Assembly (NCBI GenBank): GCA_013003465.1
Contig: JABDIZ010000363.1
Coordinates: 1-42,006 of the forward strand
Source of the DNA: Rhodothermaceae bacterium
GTDB lineage: Bacteria; Bacteroidota; Rhodothermia; Rhodothermales; Rubricoccaceae
Length of the DNA: 42,006 nt
Reading direction: 5' to 3'
A program made the translations under genes and the position numbers. Each line of letters opens with the position of its first letter. Positions within the stretch are counted from its first letter, which is position 1. Positions 33,413 to 41,436 of the stretch are shown one piece after another. The notes below the pieces were generated by a model. It made no database searches. It saw only the letters and a program-made list of their open reading frames with translations, and had not been told where the DNA came from.

Positions 33413-34315
33413 ATGGCTATTCCCAACGCTGCGACCCAAATCCCTGAGGCCTCCGAGGCTAACGCGCGCTCGCCAGTAGAAGAGGCGGAGGCCAAGGCGG
33501 AAGCCGCCGAGGCTCGCGCCGAAGAAGCCCAGGCTCGGCTCGAACGCGCCGAGGCGATGGCCGAGAACGCCGACGAGCCCGTAGAGCAGATCCGGGCGGA
33601 GGCTGAGATCGCGCGGGCGGAAGCCGCGAAGGCGCGGGCCGAGGCCGAGGAGGCCCTCGCCAAGAATGCGAAGAAGCGCGCTAAGCTGGAGAAGGACCTC
33701 AAGAAGATGGGCTCCAAACGCGGCGTCGAGACCATGTTCCGCACGTCCTACCGGACCAACATGGACCTTTCGTCGCTCGCCGATGCCAAGGCCAACATTA
33801 TGATCTCGATCAACGGCCTGATCATCTCCATCCTGCTCGCCTCCATCGCGCCCGGCATCGACACCAACCCGTGGCTGCTCTTCCCCACGACGCTGCTGCT
33901 GCTCGGGTGCGTCAGTTCGCTCGTCTTCGCCATTCTGGCCGCACGACCGCGCGTGCAGAGCCACGAGGTGACGCTCCAGGACGTGAAGAACAAGGCCGCG
34001 AATCTGCTCTTCTTCGGCAACTTCGCCCACCTCTCGCGCGACGAGTTCCTATCGGGCATGGAGGAGATCATCATCGACGGCGGGGCAGTCTATCGCAACA
34101 TGATGATGGACATCTACGGGCTCGGGCTCGTGTTGCAGAAGAAGTACAAGCTGTTGCGCGTGGCCTACACCATGTTCATGATCGGGCTCGTGGTCGGCGT
34201 CGTGGCGTTCATCATCACGTTTTACATCGCGGCGAAATCGGGTCAGCAGATTCCCGACGTGACGACGCCCATCCCGCTCATTCCCGGCCCGTCCGGGACG
34301 ACGCCTGCCCAGTAG
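33413..34315 (+). CDS. Membrane protein: Ala/Glu-rich coiled-coil N-terminus + DUF5706/Pycsar-effector-like (PycTM-type) transmembrane domain
   Basis: 300 aa. Residues ~20-95 are EAxAxAE-type coiled-coil low complexity. Then comes KRGVETMFRTSYRTNMDLSSLADAKANIMISINGLIISILLAS..., two further TM segments, and YKLLRVAYTMFMIGLVVGVVAFI. This matches, from memory, the DUF5706 domain found fused to HD phosphohydrolases in Bacteroidota and in Pycsar TM effectors. Confidence 0.7.
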   Translation: MAIPNAATQIPEASEANARSPVEEAEAKAEAAEARAEEAQARLERAEAMAENADEPVEQIRAEAEIARAEAAKARAEAEEALAKNAKKRAKLEKDLKKMGSKRGVETMFRTSYRTNMDLSSLADAKANIMISINGLIISILLASIAPGIDTNPWLLFPTTLLLLGCVSSLVFAILAARPRVQSHEVTLQDVKNKAANLLFFGNFAHLSRDEFLSGMEEIIIDGGAVYRNMMMDIYGLGLVLQKKYKLLRVAYTMFMIGLVVGVVAFIITFYIAAKSGQQIPDVTTPIPLIPGPSGTTPAQ

Positions 34316-34325
34316 GTTCATTGTC

Positions 34326-34820
34326 GTGAAAACCGTCCTCCTCCTGCGTCACGGCAAGTCCGATTGGGATGCCGACTACGGGCGCGACCACGAGCGTCCG
34401 CTGGCGAAGCGCGGCATCAAGGCCGCCAAGCGGATGGGCCGCTTCCTGGCCAAAGCGGGGCCTCTCCCGGATGTCTGCGTGACCTCCACCGCCGTCCGCG
34501 CCCGCACTACGCTGCAACTCGCGTATGAAGCAGGCGACTGGACGGCACAAATCCACGAGACCGATCGGCTCTACGCTTGTGGCCTGGACGATGTAGGGGC
34601 TGTCATCGTCAACACCGACGATGCAGCCGATGTGCTGTTGCTCGCCGGGCACGAGCCGACGTGGTCCGCCGCCGTCGAGGAGATGATCGGCGGCGGCACG
34701 GTGGAGATGCCCACGGCCGCCCTTGCCTGCATCGACTTCGAGGTGGAGCGCTGGGAGGATGTGGCGTGGGGTGGGGGCACCCTGCGCTGGCTCGTGATCC
34801 CGAAAGCGCTCAAGGGCTAA
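34326..34820 (+). CDS. sixA: SixA-type phosphohistidine phosphatase (histidine phosphatase superfamily)
   Basis: 164 aa with a GTG start 10 nt after the previous stop. LLLRHGKS (RHG catalytic motif), RPL..RG, TS...RA..T and LLLAGHEP. Confidence 0.82.
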   Translation: MKTVLLLRHGKSDWDADYGRDHERPLAKRGIKAAKRMGRFLAKAGPLPDVCVTSTAVRARTTLQLAYEAGDWTAQIHETDRLYACGLDDVGAVIVNTDDAADVLLLAGHEPTWSAAVEEMIGGGTVEMPTAALACIDFEVERWEDVAWGGGTLRWLVIPKALKG

Positions 34821-35049
34821 CGCGCTTGCGCGCCCGCCGACGGGTCTTCCGCGAGTTTCTCGGCCTAGACGAGGATCAACCCCCGCTCTCAGACAGAGAA
34901 GAGACGCGCACGGCTGCACCGCGTTAGAGGGATGGTGCCCTGTCGATTCTCCACAACGACGTTCAGCGGTCGGCTGTCGAGAAACGGCGCTAAACTCTCC
35001 ACGGGGTTGGCCGATACCACGCGCGCCCGCCACGCCTGCCCCTCGCTCT

Positions 35050-37146
35050 ATGCCTATCGCGCCCGACGACCAGCAGCGCCTCGATGCGCTCAAGCGCTTT
35101 TTCGTCCTCGACCACGAAATCAGCGAGAGCGAACTGGAGCGCCTCGTCCGCGTGGCCGCCCAACTCTACGGCGTGACCTATGCGGCGCTGACGCTGCGCC
35201 AAGACAACACCGAGCGGCTCGCCGTGGCCTTCGGCTTCGATGCCGCCAGTGTCCCGGACGACGCGGTGTTCTTCGAACGGCCCGTCGGTCCCTCGTTGCC
35301 CATCTCGATCCCGGACGTGTCCGAGGACGAGCGCTTTGCCAAGAATCCGCTCGTCCACGGTGAGCAGCAGGCCCACTTTTACGCGAGCGTCCCGCTCAAG
35401 AGCCGCGAGGGCTTCACCCTCGGCACCCTCGCCATCCTCGACGCCACGCCGCAGGAACTCAACGGGGAAGGGCTGGCGATGCTCGTGGACCTCGGCGCGC
35501 TCGTCGAACCGATGCTGCAGTTGCAGCACCTCCAGGCTGATCATCAGGACGCAAAAGTGGCGCTGACCCTGCATAACGCGTTGGCCACAGCCGCCCTGGA
35601 AGCGGCCGCCATGCTGGCACAGGAGCCCAAGGCGCTCGCAGAGGCCTTCGGGCATGTAGGCGCCGCGGCAGGCGCGACCCGCGCCGTGCTCGTCACCAGC
35701 ACCGACGGCACCACGATCGTCCGGGCCTCCTGGAATGCCGAGGGCACCGAACCGCTCGCCCGACAGGGCGATGTGCTCGACGCGCAGGCGCTCGATGCCT
35801 GGGCCGCTGAGCAGGCCGTCAAGCACCTCATCGGCTGTACCGTGCCGGGCGCCTCGGGGCTGGTCCTCTTCGATGCACCGACGGCGTGGGACGAGGCGGA
35901 CCAGGCGGCGGTGCGCACCGCGCTGGCTCCGCTGGCCGTCGTACTGCGCCCGGTCGATGCCGAGGCTGGGGCGCACAGCCCCTGGGCTGACGTCGTGGAA
36001 CACGCCCCGGCCCCAACCTTGTTGGTCTCCGGTCTCGCCGGTGATCTGTACTCGGCCAATGCCGCCGCGCGAACCCTTCTGGGCCTCGAGGCCGAGACGG
36101 TGACCGAGCAGCGGTTTGCCGCCTTCGTCGCCCCGACCCACACGGAGCGGCTCGCTCGCTTTCTTGCGGCCGCACTGCACGAAGTGCCGATGCCCATCGA
36201 GGTGGAAGTGGTGGATGCTACGGGAGCGGAGCGGCATGTTCATCTTCAGGCCGCGCCCGTGCACCTGGGCGGGCAGGCCGTGGTGCAACTCCTTCTGCAC
36301 GATGTGAGCGTCTATCGCCGCAACGAAGCGGCGCTCCTCGCCGACCGCGACCGCGCCCTCCTCCGCGACCGGGCCAAGAGCCAGTTCATGGCGAGCATGA
36401 GCCACGAGATCCGCGGCGCGCTCACCTCCATTCTGGGCTATGCCGAACTGATCGCCGATGAAGGCGAAACCGAGACGCGCGACCTGATCGATCCCATCCT
36501 CGGCAGCAGCACGCGCTTGCTACGCACGCTCGCGGCGGTCATGGACGTGGCCCGCCTCGAAACCGGCGGTGGCGCCCCGGAACTGACTCCCATGGCCATC
36601 GGGTCGGTAGTGGATGCGGTGGCGGGCGCCTACCAGGCGCAGGCCGACGAACGCGACCTCGCCTTCTTCGCTGAGGACGCCGACATGGAGGCCTACGCCT
36701 GGGCCGACGCCGATGCACTCACGCGCGTGCTGGATCACCTACTGGCCAACGCCTTCCAGTTCACCGAACAGGGCGGCATTCGTGTCCGCGTGAGTGCCGA
36801 GGACGATTGGGTGTGCATCGAGGTGCAGGATACCGGCGTCGGCATCGACCCGGAGGTGCTTCCTCACCTCCTGGACGATGAACACCTGGAAGCAGGCGGA
36901 CACGAACGCTCCGGCTCCGGCTTCGGACTTACGCTGACCAAGCGCCTCGTCGAATTGATGGGCGGGCAGATCACCGTGACGAGCCTGCAGGGTCAGGGCA
37001 GCGTCTTCCGCGTCGTGCTGCGCTCGGCGCCGTCCGACGAAGAGAAGGCGCCCGCATCGCCTGAGCACCTGGCTATGGCGATTGGCGGCGACGGAGAGAA
37101 CCCGAGGCTTGATGAGGAAACGACGACGGAGCCCGTAGACGACTGA
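35050..37146 (+). CDS. Cytoplasmic sensor histidine kinase (GAF - PAS-like - HisKA - HATPase_c), no adjacent response regulator
   Basis: N-terminal GAF (DQQRLDALKRFFVLD...DERFAKNPLV...FYASVPL...GTLAILD). H-box FMASMSHEIRGALTSILGYAELI. N/G boxes LANAFQFT, VQDTGVGI and GSGFGLTLTKRLVELMGG. No TM segment seen. Confidence 0.9.
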   Translation: MPIAPDDQQRLDALKRFFVLDHEISESELERLVRVAAQLYGVTYAALTLRQDNTERLAVAFGFDAASVPDDAVFFERPVGPSLPISIPDVSEDERFAKNPLVHGEQQAHFYASVPLKSREGFTLGTLAILDATPQELNGEGLAMLVDLGALVEPMLQLQHLQADHQDAKVALTLHNALATAALEAAAMLAQEPKALAEAFGHVGAAAGATRAVLVTSTDGTTIVRASWNAEGTEPLARQGDVLDAQALDAWAAEQAVKHLIGCTVPGASGLVLFDAPTAWDEADQAAVRTALAPLAVVLRPVDAEAGAHSPWADVVEHAPAPTLLVSGLAGDLYSANAAARTLLGLEAETVTEQRFAAFVAPTHTERLARFLAAALHEVPMPIEVEVVDATGAERHVHLQAAPVHLGGQAVVQLLLHDVSVYRRNEAALLADRDRALLRDRAKSQFMASMSHEIRGALTSILGYAELIADEGETETRDLIDPILGSSTRLLRTLAAVMDVARLETGGGAPELTPMAIGSVVDAVAGAYQAQADERDLAFFAEDADMEAYAWADADALTRVLDHLLANAFQFTEQGGIRVRVSAEDDWVCIEVQDTGVGIDPEVLPHLLDDEHLEAGGHERSGSGFGLTLTKRLVELMGGQITVTSLQGQGSVFRVVLRSAPSDEEKAPASPEHLAMAIGGDGENPRLDEETTTEPVDD

Positions 37147-37202
37147 TACGCCGTTTCGGAGGCCGTAGTTTGGGCTCCGTCTCGTTCGAATCCCCGTTCT
37201 GT

Positions 37203-37595
37203 ATGCCTGAGTCGCCTCGCCCGAACACGCCCGAGTCTGCCCCTGCGCAGGCGGGAAAGGCCACGCCTGATGCCGCCGAGCGCCGCGCCGCGCAGCCGGA
37301 CGGCTTCACGCTAGACCTGTCCTCAGGCCCATCGAAGGCCAAGCCTGCGTCATGGAAGCGCAAGCAGAAGCAGGCAAGCCTCGTCTTTACGAAGGTGATG
37401 GATTTGTCCTCGCCCGCCCCAGCGCCTCCGGTGCAGCCGGAGAAGCAGTCTGCTCCGCACATCGGTGCTCCTAAGAACATCGGTGCTCCTAAGAAAGAGA
37501 AGAAGCGCGAGCGGCCCCACTCGGGGGGATCCACGCTTGCCGACCTCCTCGACGCCGAGACGCTGGCACGCCTGCGTGGCGAGGACGACGGATGA
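37203..37595 (+). CDS. Disordered Pro/Ala/Lys-rich protein, function unknown
   Basis: 130 aa from the ATG at 37203; the track uses a TTG at 37170. Composition is low-complexity, with a perfect 18-bp tandem duplication encoding IGAPKN-IGAPKK and a conserved-looking tail GGSTLADLLDAETLARLRG. The stop overlaps the DUF971 start (ATGA), which supports real translation. Confidence 0.5.
   Translation: MPESPRPNTPESAPAQAGKATPDAAERRAAQPDGFTLDLSSGPSKAKPASWKRKQKQASLVFTKVMDLSSPAPAPPVQPEKQSAPHIGAPKNIGAPKKEKKRERPHSGGSTLADLLDAETLARLRGEDDG
37459..37494 (+). repeat. Perfect 18-bp tandem duplication (ACATCGGTGCTCCTAAGA x2) inside a CDS
   Basis: Read directly. In frame, it encodes IGAPKN-IGAPKK. Confidence 0.9.
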
Positions 37596-37924
37596 ACACC
37601 ACGCCCGTTCGCCTCGCCGTCGATCACGAGGCGCAGACGCTCACGGTGGAGTGGGGCGATGGACACGCCTCGTCGTTCTCCTATGAGGGCCTGCGGCAGG
37701 CGTGCCCGTGCGTCGAGTGCCGCGGCGGGCACGGTAAGATGGCCGAGTCCGTGGATCCGGTGGTGTTTCGGCTGCCCGCGCTCATGATGTACGAGATCAA
37801 GACCGTGGAGCCGTCGGGCAATTACGCCGCGCAGATCACCTGGGGCGACGGGCACCGCTCGGGCTTCTACCGCTGGACCGACCTCCGGGCGTGGTGCCCG
37901 TGTGAGCGCTGTAGGGAGGCATGA
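37592..37924 (+). CDS. DUF971 (gamma-butyrobetaine hydroxylase N-terminal-like) protein
   Basis: 110 aa. L.V.W.DGH.S.F....LR..CPC..C and ...I.W.DGH.SG.Y....LR..CPC..C follow the characteristic duplicated DUF971 pattern. Confidence 0.85.
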   Translation: MNTTPVRLAVDHEAQTLTVEWGDGHASSFSYEGLRQACPCVECRGGHGKMAESVDPVVFRLPALMMYEIKTVEPSGNYAAQITWGDGHRSGFYRWTDLRAWCPCERCREA

Positions 37925-37993
37925 CGCCGCGTCGGCCTGCGCAACGTTCCGCTGCTCTCTCCGTCAAGTGAGCGCCATCCCTTCCGTAGACGT

Positions 37994-38470
37994 ATGGCCC
38001 ACTCCGCTCCCGATTCGCCCGGTGTGCCGTTCCCGCCGCCGTTCCTGTTCGCCCTCGGTTTTGGCGGAGGCCTGCTGCTGCATCGCCTGATGCCGGTGTC
38101 GTCGGATACAGGATTCGGCTTCGGCATCATCGTGCTGGCATGGGCGCTCGTGCTGGCCGGGGCGCTGCTGCTGGGCTGGGCCCTATGGACGTTCTTCTCG
38201 GCACGTACGGCCATCGTACCCAACCGTCCGGCGACCGATCTGCTCACGCGCGGGCCATATGGGTTCAGCCGAAATCCGATGTATGTGGCCCTCACGGCGA
38301 TGTACATCGGCTTGGCGCTGTGGGCGACTGTGCTCTGGCCACTCGTGCTGCTGCCCGGTGTCCTCACCGCGCTCTGGCTGCTCGTCATCCGGCGGGAGGA
38401 AGCCTACCTCACGCGCGCCTTCGGAGTGGACTACATGGCCTACAGCGCCCGTGTGCGTCGGTGGCTCTGA
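37994..38470 (+). CDS. Isoprenylcysteine carboxyl methyltransferase (ICMT)/phospholipid methyltransferase family membrane protein
   Basis: 158 aa with 4 TM helices. LLTRGPYGFSRNPMYVAL and REEAYLTRAFGVDYMAYSARVRRWL are family hallmarks. Confidence 0.85.
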   Translation: MAHSAPDSPGVPFPPPFLFALGFGGGLLLHRLMPVSSDTGFGFGIIVLAWALVLAGALLLGWALWTFFSARTAIVPNRPATDLLTRGPYGFSRNPMYVALTAMYIGLALWATVLWPLVLLPGVLTALWLLVIRREEAYLTRAFGVDYMAYSARVRRWL

Positions 38471-38514
38471 GGGCTGGCGTAACGGGTCGCTAGAGTTCAG
38501 AAGCCTCCTCTATC

Positions 38515-41379
38515 TTGCGGGCGCACTTCATCATCGCCACCGTGTCCCTTCCCGCTCAACTTCCCGATGGTCTCGTGGTCGAGGCCGAAGGCGAAGGCAT
38601 CTCCGTCCCGCTCTCGCGCCAAGTCAACCTGCTCGGCGCGCTCCTCGGCCGAGCGATCCGCGAGCGCTACGGCGAGGACACGTTCCGGCTCGTTGAAGAC
38701 CTGCGCGGCCTCTGTCGCGACGCCGCCCGAACGAACAATGCGGCCAAGCACGACGAGGCGGCCCGTCTGATTGCCGGGCAGGCGCTCGACACGCTCACGG
38801 CGGTCCTGCGCGCCTTCACGACGTTCTTCCACCTCGTCAACAAAGCCGAGCAACTGGAGATCGTGCGAATTAACCGCGAGCGGGCCCGTGCCGCCACCGA
38901 CGACGCACCGCGCGGCGAGTCTGTCGCCGACGCCGTCCATGAACTAAAGACGGCAGGGAAAGCGCTGAACGAGGTGCGCACCCTGCTCCAGCGCCTCGAC
39001 ATCCAGCCGACGTTCACTGCGCACCCGACCGAAGCGCGGCGCCGCACCATCCTGCTCCACCAGCAGCGCATCGCCGACCTGCTCGAAGCGCTCCGTGCAC
39101 CCGACACGACACCCGCCGAAGAGGACGCCCTCGTCCGCGCCATCGAGAACGCGATCCGCCTGCTCCTGGCCACCGACGAGATCCGCCCCGCGGCTGTGAC
39201 CGTCGAGGACGAGGTGCGCCACGGGCTCTACTTCATCGGCACGAGCGTGTGGGAGACCGTACCGCGCATCCACGCCGACCTGCGTCGTGCCCTCCGCACG
39301 TATTACGGCGGCGAACAGGACGAGGAGGCGCTGGCCCTCCCGCCGTTTCTGCGGTATCGCTCGTGGATCGGCGGCGACCGCGACGGCAACCCGCGCGTGA
39401 CGCCGCAGGTGACGGCGTGGACGCTCCGGGTGCACCGAGAAGACGCCCTCTTGCTCCACCGCCGCGCGCTCGATGCGCTCCGTCTCGTCCTCTCGCCCTC
39501 GGATCGGCAGACGCCCGTGCCCGGTGCGCTGCGCGACTCCATCGAGGCCGACCGCGCCGTGGTGGATCTGCCCGAGCGCCGCTGGCGGCAGAACAGGCAC
39601 GAGCCTGTCCGCCTCAAGCTGATGCTGATGCAGGCCAAGCTCGACCGCCTGCTCGACGAGCTGGATGCCCCCTCGGGCGAGTTCCTCGCCTACAGCGCGA
39701 CAGAGTACCGGGCCGACCTCGTGCTCCTCGCCGACGCGCTGCGCGAGGCGGGGCTCGGCGCCCTCGCAGACGAGGGGCCGCTCGCCGACCTACGCGTGCA
39801 GGCTGAGGCCTTCGGCTTCCACCTCGCCGCGCTCGATCTGCGGCAGCACAGCCGTGTCCACGAAGCCGCCGTCGCGGATCTGCTGCGCCTTGCGGGCGTG
39901 ATGGAGGACTACGCGGCGCTCGATGAAGCGGAGCGCCTGCTCGTTCTCTCGGCCGAACTCCGCAACCCGCGCCCGTTGCTCCCGCCGGACCCGGCGTTGC
40001 ACGAAGACACGCGCCGGGTGCTCGACGTGCTGCTCATCGCGCGGCAGGCGCTGCGGCGCGAGCCCGAAGCCCTCGGCTCGTACGTCATCTCGATGACCGA
40101 CGCCGTCAGTGACGTACTGGAGGTCCTGTTGCTGCTCAAGGAGACGGGCCTGTGGCGCTTGCTGGCCGACGGCCGCGTGGAGAGCGCGCTGGACGTGGCG
40201 CCGCTCTTCGAAACCATCGCCGATCTGGAGCATGCCGAGGCGCTCTTGGAGCAGCTCTTCACGAACCCGGTGTACGTCCGTCACCTTGTCTCGCGAGGGC
40301 GGATGCAGGAGGTAATGCTCGGCTACTCCGACTCCAACAAGGACGGCGGCTACTGGATGGCCAACTGGGCGTTGCACAAAGCACAGGGCGCCATCGCTCG
40401 CGTCTGCCACAGCTTCGACGTAGACCTGCGGTTCTTCCACGGGCGTGGCGGTACGGTCGGGCGCGGCGGCGGGCGGGCCAACCAGGCCATCCGCGCCATG
40501 CCACCCGAGGCGCAGAACGGCCGCATCCGCTTCACGGAGCAGGGCGAAGTCATCTCGTTCCGCTACGCCCACCCCGGCATCGCGCGGCGGCACCTCGAAC
40601 AGATCGTCCACGCGCAACTGGGCGCCCTCGCCGAGGCGCCTGCGCAGGCCTCCCGCGAGCAGGCCTACGAGGGGCCGACAGTCGATCCGCAGCGTGCGCT
40701 GATGCAGCAGATCGCCGACCGATCGATGGACGCCTATCGCGCGCTCATCGACGCGCCGGACTTCTGGCCGTGGTACCTCGCCGCCACGCCCATCGAGCAC
40801 ATCGCCGGGCTGCCGATGGCCTCGCGGCCCGTCTCGCGCAAGGCCGCTTCCGAGGTGGACTTCGAAGGCCTCCGCGCGATTCCGTGGGTCTTCGGCTGGA
40901 CGCAGCCGCGCTACACCGTGCCCGGCTGGTATGGCGTGGGCCAGGGCCTGGCGAACGCCCTCGCCGCCGATGCCGAGGCAGCGGGCGAACTCCAGGCGAT
41001 GCACGCCGACTGGCCGTTCTTCCAGGCCGTGGCGGGTAACGCCCTCCGCGAGATGGCGCGGGCGCGCTTCGTGATCGCTCGGCGTTACGCCGCGATGGCA
41101 GACGAACCCGTCCACGAGACGCTGGTGGACGAATTCGAGCGAGCCGAGCGTGCGTTGCTACGCATCACCGGACAAGAACGGCTGCTGGCGCACAGCCCCG
41201 TCATCGAGAAGTCGATTCGCCTCCGCAATCCCTACACCGACGTACTCAACCTCGTCCAACTCGACCTGATGCGGCGCTGGCGAGCCGGAGGCGCCGATGG
41301 AGAGGCCGCCGAGGCGCTCCGTGCCGCGCTGTTCGTCTCGCTCAACGGCATCGCGGCGGCGATGCAGAGCACCGGCTGA
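38515..41379 (+). CDS. ppc: Phosphoenolpyruvate carboxylase
   Basis: FTAHPTEARR, LGYSDSNKDGGYW, FHGRGGTVGRGGG and a C-terminal ...AAMQSTG. The start is uncertain. The track uses a TTG at 38515. The GTG at 38575 directly follows a C/T-rich leader and gives the usual ~12 aa before the LSRQVNLLGALLG motif. Confidence 0.95.
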   Translation: MRAHFIIATVSLPAQLPDGLVVEAEGEGISVPLSRQVNLLGALLGRAIRERYGEDTFRLVEDLRGLCRDAARTNNAAKHDEAARLIAGQALDTLTAVLRAFTTFFHLVNKAEQLEIVRINRERARAATDDAPRGESVADAVHELKTAGKALNEVRTLLQRLDIQPTFTAHPTEARRRTILLHQQRIADLLEALRAPDTTPAEEDALVRAIENAIRLLLATDEIRPAAVTVEDEVRHGLYFIGTSVWETVPRIHADLRRALRTYYGGEQDEEALALPPFLRYRSWIGGDRDGNPRVTPQVTAWTLRVHREDALLLHRRALDALRLVLSPSDRQTPVPGALRDSIEADRAVVDLPERRWRQNRHEPVRLKLMLMQAKLDRLLDELDAPSGEFLAYSATEYRADLVLLADALREAGLGALADEGPLADLRVQAEAFGFHLAALDLRQHSRVHEAAVADLLRLAGVMEDYAALDEAERLLVLSAELRNPRPLLPPDPALHEDTRRVLDVLLIARQALRREPEALGSYVISMTDAVSDVLEVLLLLKETGLWRLLADGRVESALDVAPLFETIADLEHAEALLEQLFTNPVYVRHLVSRGRMQEVMLGYSDSNKDGGYWMANWALHKAQGAIARVCHSFDVDLRFFHGRGGTVGRGGGRANQAIRAMPPEAQNGRIRFTEQGEVISFRYAHPGIARRHLEQIVHAQLGALAEAPAQASREQAYEGPTVDPQRALMQQIADRSMDAYRALIDAPDFWPWYLAATPIEHIAGLPMASRPVSRKAASEVDFEGLRAIPWVFGWTQPRYTVPGWYGVGQGLANALAADAEAAGELQAMHADWPFFQAVAGNALREMARARFVIARRYAAMADEPVHETLVDEFERAERALLRITGQERLLAHSPVIEKSIRLRNPYTDVLNLVQLDLMRRWRAGGADGEAAEALRAALFVSLNGIAAAMQSTG

Positions 41380-41436
41380 GAAGCCGGGCACGGACGGGAC
41401 CTCGCTGCGTTGAAGCAGCCCTTCTCGGAGCCGCTC

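Noticed and set aside
30163-33744. A 1193-aa ORF on the minus strand, the longest alternative ORF in the track.
   Set aside because: It is exactly antisense to, and in the same codon register as, the 29638-33375 gene. In that register, stops require the sense codons TTA, CTA or TCA, which are rare in a GC3-rich gene, so a long shadow ORF is expected. Its translation is Arg/Ala/Gly-rich low complexity with no recognisable motif, whereas the plus-strand product has clear domains.
33413-34820. Interpreting the DUF5706-like gene as a canonical Pycsar (cyclase + effector) anti-phage operon.
   Set aside because: No nucleotide cyclase, or any other defence-associated gene, flanks it. The neighbours are an Omp85 fusion protein and sixA. 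DUF5706 domains also occur in apparently housekeeping HD-fusion proteins. Only the weaker effector-like-domain observation is reported.
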